From NCBI GenBank assembly GCA_034408725.1, contig JAWXCN010000207.1, forward strand, positions 1-16,244: a stretch of 16,244 bases of DNA, written 5' to 3'. Of the stretch, positions 8,620-16,244 are shown in pieces; positions within the stretch are counted from its first letter, which is position 1, and each line of letters opens with the position of its first letter. The position numbers were made by a program, and so were the translations under genes. The DNA is from Candidatus Hydrogenedentota bacterium (lineage in GTDB: Bacteria > Hydrogenedentota > Hydrogenedentia > Hydrogenedentales > SLHB01). Under the pieces are notes generated by a model, which saw only the letters and a list, made by a program, of their open reading frames with translations, was not told the DNA's origin and made no database searches.

Positions 8620-8648
8620 AACTTACCAGTAGGTAGTGTATTGCGCAA
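8620..8648 (-). promoter_or_regulatory. Predicted sigma70 promoter of aceBA
   Basis: TTGCGC (8648-8643), 17 nt, TAAGTT (8625-8620), with an extended -10 TG. Confidence 0.55.
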
Positions 8649-8685
8649 GACAATTATATCAATGGTTAGTATTGACGAGAACAAT
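8640..8685. promoter_or_regulatory. Two LysR-type boxes ATTG-N7-CAAT (T-N11-A)
   Basis: ATTGCGCAAGACAAT at 8640-8654 overlaps the -35. ATTGACGAGAACAAT at 8671-8685 is centred about -65. Centres are 31 bp apart. Confidence 0.65.
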
Positions 8686-8731
8686 GCTTGTCACGTAGGA
8701 TGGGTTCGTTACGTTCCGGCCGATCGACGGG

Positions 8732-8769
8732 AAAGAAAAAGCGCGCCCGACGTAAAACGCAGGGCGCGC
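8732..8769 (-). terminator. Rho-independent terminator of the secreted-protein gene
   Basis: Stem GCGCGCCC (8741-8748) / GGGCGCGC (8762-8769), followed by TTTTTCTTT on the minus strand, 28 nt after the stop. Confidence 0.75.
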
Positions 8770-8797
8770 CCAAGAAAATCGAATCGTTTGAAGCGGG

Positions 8798-9388
8798 TTA
8801 GTCTGTAATGCTTACATCGTCCAGGTTGAAATTGGAGTTGCCATCGCCCGTGCATTTGTTCTTGAAGAGCAACTTGTGTTTCGCGCCGTCCGCATAAGCC
8901 GATACGTCGATGGACACCAGCGTATAGCCATCGTCGTACTGGTTGCTGGATTCCTTGACGTTGAAGACTCTGTCCCCGTCGATGAACACGCGCAGCCAGT
9001 CCTTGCCGTCCGGGCTGGAATCGCCGATCCAGAGGTAGAATTGAAGGGTGGCATTTCCACCTGAGGGGAACCGCACATTTTGCTGAAGTTTCGCTTTTTC
9101 GACATTGTCATCCGAGCCGCCGAACCAGGCCCAAAAGCTTCCCGACCGGGCTTCAGCCGTGCCGGAACCATCGCCACAAACGGCGAAACTGCAAATCGGT
9201 GTATCGAAATTGGTGGATGCTTCTTTCCAGACTCCCGCGAACCGGCCCGCCTCGAAGCCACCGTCCGCGAGATTGCTGCCGGCGATGGCGGCGTGATGGG
9301 GAGTCACGACAAGGGCTGCGGCCACGAGCACGCCGAGCACGACGTTGTAGCGTTTGACGGCCCGGAACATTTGGATACCGTGGTGCAT
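8798..9388 (-). CDS. Secreted hypothetical protein, 196 aa, probable galactose-binding-like/CBM beta-sandwich domain
   Basis: ATG 9388 follows a perfect AAGGAGG. Signal peptide ...VLGVLVAAALVVTPHHAAIA. NLADGGFE at the start and FNLDDVSI at the end are typical of CBM4/9-like jelly rolls. Confidence 0.7.
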   Translation of the reverse strand: MHHGIQMFRAVKRYNVVLGVLVAAALVVTPHHAAIAGSNLADGGFEAGRFAGVWKEASTNFDTPICSFAVCGDGSGTAEARSGSFWAWFGGSDDNVEKAKLQQNVRFPSGGNATLQFYLWIGDSSPDGKDWLRVFIDGDRVFNVKESSNQYDDGYTLVSIDVSAYADGAKHKLLFKNKCTGDGNSNFNLDDVSITD

Positions 9389-9535
9389 AAACAATTCCTC
9401 CTTAGCCCCTCGGGCTTTCGTAGCAAACCGATTCAGGCGCAAATGCCAATTTTCCTCCCCATGCCATACGATAACTATACGGCAGATTTCACTCTTTGGG
9501 CAACTTGACAACAATCGAAACCCGGGAAAAATGCC

Positions 9536-10441
9536 ATGCCATCGCGCGCCATTCGATATAAGCAAAACCGCCTTCAACAGTTACGCGGTTTTTGCTTCGC
9601 CGCGCACGCGGGAAGCGTCACCAAGGCCGCGGAAAAATTACATTTGAGCCAGCCGTCCGTTTCGCTTCAGATTCAAGCTTTGGAACGGGAAATCGGGGTC
9701 AAATTATTTGAGCGTCGCGGCCCGCGGATCGAGTTGACCCCTGACGGGGTGTTGTTGTTGGAGCTCGCGCGGCCATTGGTGGAAGGGATCGATTCGATCC
9801 ATGAAGAGTTCCATACGCGACGGGAATCGGTGGATAGGGGCAGGGTGGACATTGCGGCGGGCGGGTCAACGATACTTTACGTGCTGCCTCGCTTTGTTGA
9901 GGAGTTTGTGAAGGGGCACCCAAACATCGAGTTAAAAATACATAATGTAACTGGCCGTGCGGGATTGGAGCTGCTTCGGGAAGGAGAGGTCGATTTTTGT
10001 GTCGGTCCGATGCTGGACACGCCGGACGACATTGCGTTCCAGCCGATTGTTTCCTATGAACCGCTTTTGATTACATGTCTGGGACACCCGCTTGCGAAGC
10101 GAAAGCGGATTACGCTACGGGACATCAGCAAGTATCCGCTCATTTTGCCGCCCCGGACGCTGAGCACGTGGCGCATGGTTGAGGACGTATTCAAACAGCG
10201 GGGACTGCGGTATGACGTGAAACTCGAAGTCGGGGGCTGGGAGGTAATCAAGACCTATGTGGAGTTGGGACTCGGCATTTCAATTGTGATGAGCATTTGC
10301 ATCACAGGGGATGAGACGCTCGAGGTTATCCGCGCGAGTTCGTGGTTTCCGAATCGGACGTATGGCGTGGTCTCGCGAAAGGGGCGCACATTGTCGGCGC
10401 AGGCACGGCGGTTTACCGAGATTTTGGGGGCGGGAGGATAA
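9536..10441 (+). CDS. LysR-family transcriptional regulator, probable regulator of aceBA
   Basis: N-terminal HTH GSVTKAAEKLHLSQPSVSLQIQALEREIGVKLFER and a substrate-binding domain (VELGLGISIV). 301 aa, divergent from aceBA. Confidence 0.93.
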   Translation: MPSRAIRYKQNRLQQLRGFCFAAHAGSVTKAAEKLHLSQPSVSLQIQALEREIGVKLFERRGPRIELTPDGVLLLELARPLVEGIDSIHEEFHTRRESVDRGRVDIAAGGSTILYVLPRFVEEFVKGHPNIELKIHNVTGRAGLELLREGEVDFCVGPMLDTPDDIAFQPIVSYEPLLITCLGHPLAKRKRITLRDISKYPLILPPRTLSTWRMVEDVFKQRGLRYDVKLEVGGWEVIKTYVELGLGISIVMSICITGDETLEVIRASSWFPNRTYGVVSRKGRTLSAQARRFTEILGAGG

Positions 10442-10492
10442 AAAAGCCTGGCGACCGCCATGGGCCGCCCGGCCGGAAATCCGCGCGAATCG

Positions 10493-12088
10493 TCAGGCCT
10501 GGTGTACGCCCTCATCCTCCAGGTGGACCGGGTTATACCCGCCCTTTGTCTTGAAGTAAATAATCAGGACGATGTAGCAAACCAGCATGATGCACGGGAA
10601 AATCGCGACCGTGCGCAATGCCCCCTTACTGGCATTCATGCTCACTTCTTTTACAACGGCCTGGTTGTCCTCGCTCTCGGCCATCAATTTATCCTGATTC
10701 ACGGACAAGTATTCCCCAAAGATACTGGTCTTTTCGTCGGTGACCAGATTCGAATGGAAGGCCGTGTTATTTTGCTGGTCGTAGGCCGCCAGGTTCTTAT
10801 CGATGGCGGTGTCCTGAATCATTCCCAGGAAGGGTGCGCCCACGATCCCAACGCTCAACATGCCTACGCCGGCGATCGTGTTGATGGTCATGGCGCCGCC
10901 TTTAGGAAAGCGTTCCGCCACAACGCCGAGCATGGTGGGCCAGAAGAACGTTTTACCGAAGGCATACAGGGTTGCAGCCAACACAATCATGATGCCCGTC
11001 GCGTATGACAGGGAGACGAGACCTAGCGCTGCAATGGCTGCACTTACGGCGAGCAAACCCAGCGGAGAAATTCGGTGCACGATGGAGCCTGCGGAGAATC
11101 GCAACACCATCATTATGAACGAGGTGTAGACCAGTACCCATGCCGCGTTCAGGCGGAGCTTACCCATTTCGCCTTCCATCAGCGGTGTAATCCAGGCGTC
11201 GGTGCCGAGCTCGGTAGTTGCTAGCGGCATCATAATAAGTAGCAGGAAGATGAACAAGGGTTGACCGAGCGATTTGGTGTACGCGCCAAACGCGCCAACG
11301 AGCACAACAATGATTATGATGTTGAGGTACGGGATCGACATGCTGCTGACGTGTAGAACACCCAAGGAGGTGAAGTCGAGCCAACCCATGGTTGTGAAGA
11401 CGCGGCCCACTTCAAATGTCATCAGACTCACGATGATCAGGGCACCGAGAATGCCCACTTCTCTCAGCATGGCGTGATACGAGACCCCTGCGGCAACGCG
11501 TTCATGTACTGGGAACTTGTGGCCGATCATCATGATGCCGTATGCGATTGTGGGAATGAGCACGAGCGCTACTTTCCATTCCCAACCTCCAATTTTGAAC
11601 CAGCCAAGTGCAATCGCCATTATCCCGCCGACCACGAGACCGCCTGGCCATCCGGCGTGCAGGATATTCAACCACTTCGTTTTCTCTTTCGAGAACATGG
11701 TGGCGACCACCGGGTTGATCACCGCCTCGACGGAACCATTGCCCAACGCCATAATAAACGTCGCAATGTAGAGCGACAAATAGCCTCTGGCGAAAATCGT
11801 CATCACGCAGGACACAACATGGCAGACGAAAGCAAACGCCATCGCGCGGCCGTAGCCAATTTTGTCGATGATAAGGCTGAACAGGACAATACTGATGGCG
11901 AAGGGCCACAGGCCCGCGCCGAAAATTTCCCCTTGCTCGGTCGCGGAAAGGTCGAACTGTTTACCCAGATCGGTAATGATCATTCCGCGGACAATGAATC
12001 CAAACGCGGTCGCGATGAGCGCCATGAAACAGGCCCAGAACAGGCGCTTATCGGCTCCGGAATCAGCGGATGCTGCGTGCGCACTCAT
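10493..12088 (-). CDS. MFS transporter (sugar/FucP-like type)
   Basis: About 14 hydrophobic segments; motif A-like LIIDKIGYGR, GNGSVEAVINPVVA, WPTMLGVVAERFPKGGA. Confidence 0.9.
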   Translation of the reverse strand: MSAHAASADSGADKRLFWACFMALIATAFGFIVRGMIITDLGKQFDLSATEQGEIFGAGLWPFAISIVLFSLIIDKIGYGRAMAFAFVCHVVSCVMTIFARGYLSLYIATFIMALGNGSVEAVINPVVATMFSKEKTKWLNILHAGWPGGLVVGGIMAIALGWFKIGGWEWKVALVLIPTIAYGIMMIGHKFPVHERVAAGVSYHAMLREVGILGALIIVSLMTFEVGRVFTTMGWLDFTSLGVLHVSSMSIPYLNIIIIVVLVGAFGAYTKSLGQPLFIFLLLIMMPLATTELGTDAWITPLMEGEMGKLRLNAAWVLVYTSFIMMVLRFSAGSIVHRISPLGLLAVSAAIAALGLVSLSYATGIMIVLAATLYAFGKTFFWPTMLGVVAERFPKGGAMTINTIAGVGMLSVGIVGAPFLGMIQDTAIDKNLAAYDQQNNTAFHSNLVTDEKTSIFGEYLSVNQDKLMAESEDNQAVVKEVSMNASKGALRTVAIFPCIMLVCYIVLIIYFKTKGGYNPVHLEDEGVHQA

Positions 12089-12242
12089 GGTAATCCCCTT
12101 CCCTCACTTGTTGCGGCCCCAACCCAGCGTCAAATGCCCGGTATCGCGGCGGTGCGGCGCAATTCGTCTTTGGAACACGGCGTGGCAGCCGTATTCGTCT
12201 GATGGAAATGACCTGACCCCTATCCCGCACGGGATGTGCGAG

Positions 12243-12271
12243 ATAGTATATGGTTTGCACGGGACCGTCAA
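12243..12271 (-). promoter_or_regulatory. Predicted sigma70 promoter of the MFS gene
   Basis: TTGACG (12271-12266), 17 nt, TACTAT (12248-12243). Implies a leader of about 148 nt. Confidence 0.55.
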
Positions 12272-12292
12272 GAGATTTGGGGTTGGGAAGGG

Positions 12293-12358
12293 AAGGACTG
12301 ATATGGAGGGACATGGACTACCACGGACTAACACGGACAGAGATGGACAGAGACGCAC
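12293..12358 (+). repeat. Tandem array of AYGGAC units with strict 10-bp period
   Basis: AAGGAC 12293, ATGGAG 12303, ATGGAC 12313, ACGGAC 12323, ACGGAC 12333, ATGGAC 12343, ACGCAC 12353. Confidence 0.85.
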
Positions 12359-12532
12359 GGTGCGAGGTAAACGGTTTATCCACAGACTGTCGAGTTGGTG
12401 GGTGTGGTGTCTTGCGTTGTGGTTGGTGTGTTGTTAGAATGTTGACCAATGGTTGATGCGGGGTCATCTGTGGTGGAGCCATTTTGCTGAAGATTCCCGC
12501 ATTGCACAATTTCTAGACTAGGAGACCTGTGC

Positions 12533-13516
12533 ATGCACAGCATGTTGCGGTGGGTTGGCGCGGCTATCGCGTTTACCGTGGTGTTCAACGGCGTCGCCGA
12601 GGCACAGTGGACGTGGAGTCCGCAGACTGGCCGATGGATCAATACCAAACAGCTTCCGAAGGAAACGCCGGAGCTGCAAGTCGAGTATGCGCGCAGTCTG
12701 ATGGTCCAGGGAGACTACAAGAAGGCGTTGCGCGAGACCGAGAAGTTTAAGAACTACTACAGTGACACTGAATGGGCGGACGACAATCAATATGTCCGTG
12801 GCGAGGTCCTGTTGGCGCAAGGGGACCTGCTTGCCGCGGCAAAAGAGTATCAGCAAGTTGTTGCGGCGTACCCGGAAAGCGATTTGTTTGATCAGGTCAT
12901 CACGAAGCAATACGAGATTGCCGATCATTTTTATGATCGTGGCACCGCCAATCAGGAAAAGGGTTGGTGGCAACCTTTCCGCAAACGGCCATTCCGTCGC
13001 GCGGTTACGGTGTACACCATGGTGATCGACAATCAACCCTTCACCGATTCCGCCGCGCAGGCGCAGTATAAACTCGGCCTTTGCCATTACACGCTCGAGG
13101 AATATAGGGAAGCGGCATTCGAGTATCAGCGCGTCATCGACGATTATGCCGCGTCTGATTGGGTGGATGACGCGAGCTACGGTCTGGCGATGTGCCATTA
13201 CAAGGATTCGCTGCCGCCGGCATACGACCAATCGCCGAGCCTGTTGGCCGTTGAAGCGATTGATAATTTTCAGCGGAAATTCCCGGAGGACGCGCGCGGC
13301 GCGGAAATGGACGGCATGCGCACCGAAATGGTGAACCGCGTCGCCGAACAACGGTTGCGCACGGCCAAGTTCTATGAGAAGCGGCGCAAGTTCGATTCCG
13401 CCGCACTTTACTACGAGGTGGTCGTGGAACAATTCCCGAACACGCCGTCCGCTCAGGAAGCGGGCACGTGGTTGGAACAACATGGACACAGCAAGCGGTG
13501 GCAGTCTCCTTCCTAA
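12533..13516 (+). CDS. bamD: Outer membrane protein assembly factor BamD-like TPR protein
   Basis: Signal peptide, TPR repeats, YDQS..A...F...FP and RLRTAKFYEKR...AALYY..VVEQFPNTP. GGAG RBS; lies upstream of lptE-holA. Confidence 0.82.
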   Translation: MHSMLRWVGAAIAFTVVFNGVAEAQWTWSPQTGRWINTKQLPKETPELQVEYARSLMVQGDYKKALRETEKFKNYYSDTEWADDNQYVRGEVLLAQGDLLAAAKEYQQVVAAYPESDLFDQVITKQYEIADHFYDRGTANQEKGWWQPFRKRPFRRAVTVYTMVIDNQPFTDSAAQAQYKLGLCHYTLEEYREAAFEYQRVIDDYAASDWVDDASYGLAMCHYKDSLPPAYDQSPSLLAVEAIDNFQRKFPEDARGAEMDGMRTEMVNRVAEQRLRTAKFYEKRRKFDSAALYYEVVVEQFPNTPSAQEAGTWLEQHGHSKRWQSPS

Positions 13517-14076
13517 CGCGGGGCGCAGCGTGTGTTGCGGCGGTAGCCGGCGTGTTCCTGGGCGCCGGTTGCGGCTACACGACCAAGAGCGCGCTCGACG
13601 AACAATACCAGTCGATCTACGTGTCCGCGTTTGAAAACGCGAGCCGTCAATACGATTTGCAGGCGCCTTTGACCAACGCGGTGACGCGGAAATTCATTAC
13701 CGATGGCCGTTTGCAAATCGTCGGCCTAAACGAAGCCGATCTGCTGCTGGAAGGCATCATCAATGATTATCGCGTCAAGGGGATTACCTACGACGAAGAA
13801 GACGAAGTGACGCAGTTTCTGTGCGTCGTGCTTGCCAGCGCGCGGCTCACCGAGCGCGCGACCGGCAAAATTGTGTGGGAAGAAAAGGTGATGGCGGGCG
13901 AAACGAGTTTTTACACGCGCGCCGCGGGCCAATCCTCCGATCGGCTTCGCGGGAATGCCGAGGCTTTCCTGCCGTCCGTGCGCTCGTTCGCAAGCGAAGA
14001 GGAGAACCGGGGCGCGTCCGAGGCGCTGGAACAACTCGCGTCGGACATTTTTTATCGCACTGTCGAACCCTGGTAA
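13468..14076 (+). CDS. lptE: LPS assembly lipoprotein LptE (start uncertain: GTG 13468 or 13498)
   Basis: Lipobox-like LGAG-CGY, SIYVSAFEN, EADLLLEGII, TGKIVWE. Directly upstream of holA. Confidence 0.85.
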   Translation: MVGTTWTQQAVAVSFLTRGAACVAAVAGVFLGAGCGYTTKSALDEQYQSIYVSAFENASRQYDLQAPLTNAVTRKFITDGRLQIVGLNEADLLLEGIINDYRVKGITYDEEDEVTQFLCVVLASARLTERATGKIVWEEKVMAGETSFYTRAAGQSSDRLRGNAEAFLPSVRSFASEEENRGASEALEQLASDIFYRTVEPW

Positions 14077-14083
14077 GCGCGCC

Positions 14084-15097
14084 GTGGAAGCCGGCGAATT
14101 TCTGAAGACGGCGGGCAAACAACCGCCTGCCTCGATTTACCTCTTCACCTCGCACAAAGCGCCCAAGGCACGAGAAGCCACGTTCGAATCCCTGCTTGCG
14201 CACCGCGCCGTGGACAAGATGGTGCAGTTGTACGTCGAGCCGGGGATGCGCGACCTCTGCTACCACGTGTTCCACGGGGAAGACGCGAATCCCTCCGAAA
14301 TCGTGTCCATTGCGGAGACCCTGCCGTTTTTGACCGAGCGCCGCGTACTGCTGGTGCATGGGGCAGACAAGTTCGAGACGGAAGGCGCGGGCGCGGTCCT
14401 GCACGGGTACCTTGAAAACCCTTGCGAAACGACCCTCCTGCTGCTCATCGCGCCGCGGATAGATCGACGCCTGAAACTGTTCAAACTCTGCGAGAAACAC
14501 GGCGTGGTCGTCGAATGCCCCGAACTGAACGAGCGCGACGCAGTCGCGTGGGCGCGCGCGGAGACCGCCGCTCGGGGAAAGAAAATCAGCGCCGACGCGG
14601 CAAGGCTTCTCGTCCATCGCAGTGGTACGCACCTTTCCGACATCGACAATGCCATTACGGTGGTTTGTAATTATGCCGGTGATCAGGACATGGTTCATGA
14701 AATTGACATCATTGCAGCCTGCGCTGATATTGCGGAAGATGAAATTTGGACCTTGACTGATGCTATTGCAAATTCCGAAATGTCCAAGGCATTGACGACG
14801 TTGCGCGCCATGCTCGACATGGGCAAGAGCGAATTCGAAATTCTGGGGTCAATCACATGGATGCTGAAATCGGCGTACTTCGTCGCCACGAACAATGCGG
14901 GACGGATGGCGCCGTTCATCGCGAACAAACACCGGCCCCTTGCCGAGAATCTGGGGCGCGAGAAATTTCGGGACGCCTTCGCGTTGTGCTTGAAAACCGA
15001 TGTCATGTTCCGAACCACGGGGGTGGACCGCGCGCTGGTGCTGGAGATGCTCGTGCTCAAGCTCGCCGCGCCGCGCAAACCGGCGCGCGCTTCGTAG
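14084..15097 (+). CDS. holA: DNA polymerase III subunit delta
   Basis: GTG 14084 lies just after the lptE stop. AETLPFLTERRVLLV, YLENPCETTLL, IDRRLKLFK, IWTLTDAI, LVLEMLVLKL. Confidence 0.92.
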   Translation: MEAGEFLKTAGKQPPASIYLFTSHKAPKAREATFESLLAHRAVDKMVQLYVEPGMRDLCYHVFHGEDANPSEIVSIAETLPFLTERRVLLVHGADKFETEGAGAVLHGYLENPCETTLLLLIAPRIDRRLKLFKLCEKHGVVVECPELNERDAVAWARAETAARGKKISADAARLLVHRSGTHLSDIDNAITVVCNYAGDQDMVHEIDIIAACADIAEDEIWTLTDAIANSEMSKALTTLRAMLDMGKSEFEILGSITWMLKSAYFVATNNAGRMAPFIANKHRPLAENLGREKFRDAFALCLKTDVMFRTTGVDRALVLEMLVLKLAAPRKPARAS

Positions 15098-15222
15098 CGG
15101 TTGCATTGCGCGCGAACGCACCCCTAGAATACGCGAAATCGGGCAAGGAGCGCGGTGTGAGCATGCTGTCCCATGCGCCACGCGCAGCGCGCGCACCCGG
15201 CGCACGGGGTAAATAGACCGGA

Positions 15223-16131
15223 ATGGCGGTAATTCCACAGACTCAACTGGGCCCGTCGCGTGGCGGCAATTTCGAGTACCATTGGGCCGGCCCATTCCTT
15301 GAGGCGCATTTGCTGTCAGATGTTGGCAAGAAGCGGCAGCGCAACGAGGACGGCTGCACCATCTGCGTGCCGGAAGACCGGGAGCTCGCGCGGCAGTCCG
15401 GCATTCTGTTCGCCGTCGCGGACGGAATGGGCGGGGTGAGCGGTGGCGACTTTGCCAGCCGGCTCGGATTGCAAACACTCGTCGAAGAATATTACGCGCG
15501 CAATGAAGCGGGCGCGCCCGCCCGACTTTCCGAAGCGGTGAGCCAGGCAAACCGGCGCATCTTCCAGGAAGCGGAAAACCACCCCGAGTTTTACGGCATG
15601 GGCACTACGATGTGCGCGCTGCTCGTCCAGGGCGACCACGCGTACATCGCGCACGTCGGCGACAGCCGGCTCTATCTCATGCGGCAGGGTGAAGGGCTCG
15701 TACAGGTCACGGAAGACCATAGCCTCGTGGCGGAACAGGTCCGCAACGGGTATATCTCCGAAGAGGAAGCGCGTTCGCATTCGTTAAAAAACCTTATTAC
15801 CCGCGCGGTCGGCACGAAGGATCAAGTCAGCGCGGACCTCTACGCAGTCCGTCTGAAAGTCGGCGACACCTTGATGATTTGTTCGGACGGTTTGTCGAAC
15901 CTAGTTGATGATCAACAGATCGCGAACATACTTGCCGGCGAGAACCTTCAGGGCGCCGCGCGCGTGCTGGTAGGGCGGGCGCTTGCGGGCGGCGCGCCGG
16001 ACAACGTCACGGTGCTACTCGTGCGCGTGACGGCGCAACCGTACAAAACCCAAATGGCGAGTGGCGCACGGCCGATCACAATCGGCAAGCCGGGTTTCCT
16101 TGGCGCGCTGAAACGGATGATTTCATCGTAA
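15223..16131 (+). CDS. PP2C-family Ser/Thr protein phosphatase (Stp1/PrpC-like)
   Basis: SDVGKKRQRNED, VADGMGG, GMGTT, AHVGDSRLY, TEDHS, ITRAVG, CSDGL, GAPDNVT. Confidence 0.95.
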   Translation: MAVIPQTQLGPSRGGNFEYHWAGPFLEAHLLSDVGKKRQRNEDGCTICVPEDRELARQSGILFAVADGMGGVSGGDFASRLGLQTLVEEYYARNEAGAPARLSEAVSQANRRIFQEAENHPEFYGMGTTMCALLVQGDHAYIAHVGDSRLYLMRQGEGLVQVTEDHSLVAEQVRNGYISEEEARSHSLKNLITRAVGTKDQVSADLYAVRLKVGDTLMICSDGLSNLVDDQQIANILAGENLQGAARVLVGRALAGGAPDNVTVLLVRVTAQPYKTQMASGARPITIGKPGFLGALKRMISS

Positions 16132-16185
16132 CGCTAGTGTCCTGGGTTTGAGATTCGTTCGATATGAAGTTTGGAAATCAGACCT

Positions 16186-16220
16186 TACATCCCCCTAAAT
16201 CCCCCTTCAAAGGGGGACTT
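16186..16220. repeat. C-rich hairpin repeat downstream of the phosphatase gene
   Basis: TACATCCCCCTAAATCCCCCTTCAAAGGGGGACTT. Stem TCCCCCTT/AAGGGGGA; related to 5412-5460. Confidence 0.6.
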
Positions 16221-16244
16221 TGAAGATCGGATTATGCGTGTGAC

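Noticed and set aside
9389-9577. Longer starts offered by the ORF track (9577 for the secreted protein; also 694, 4544, 4925, 13955)
   Set aside because: They overlap neighbouring genes or promoters. Downstream starts have better RBS, signal-peptide or homology support.
12376-12384. Perfect DnaA box TTATCCACA near the 10-bp array, suggesting an origin
   Set aside because: Only one box seen, no AT-rich unwinding element and no dnaA/rep context. It may be chance or a lone regulatory site.
14640-14800. AT-richer codon patch with TTGACA inside holA
   Set aside because: No convincing -10 at proper spacing and the protein reads as normal HolA, so there is not enough evidence for an internal promoter or recombination patch.
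15098-15222. rpsT, which often follows holA
   Set aside because: No S20-like ORF on either strand in this 125-bp gap.

Overview
GC-rich chromosomal segment of a diderm bacterium (BamD and LptE present; gene content resembles Planctomycetota/Hydrogenedentota-type organisms, which is inference only). Left arm (+): 5'-truncated SAM methyltransferase, secreted DUF1080 protein, GT2 glycosyltransferase. Middle (-): malate synthase aceB, isocitrate lyase aceA and a class V alanine-glyoxylate-type aminotransferase. A divergent LysR gene is separated from aceB by a secreted-protein gene, and two ATTG-N7-CAAT LysR-type boxes sit on the predicted aceB promoter. Right arm: MFS transporter (-), then bamD-lptE-holA and a PP2C phosphatase (+). 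The most unusual part is the pair of spacers flanking the aminotransferase (2530-2900 and 4090-5583). Manual translation there shows co-oriented remnants of four toxin-antitoxin-type modules, most too short or broken for the ORF track: a BrnT 5' fragment, an intact addiction-module antitoxin with a dead ParE, a small protein with an internally deleted nucleotidyltransferase, and a DUF433 5' fragment. They are interleaved with several REP/REPIN-like palindrome families and a phased GGAC tandem array, and no integrase or transposase is present in the window. All family assignments come from motif recognition, not database searches.
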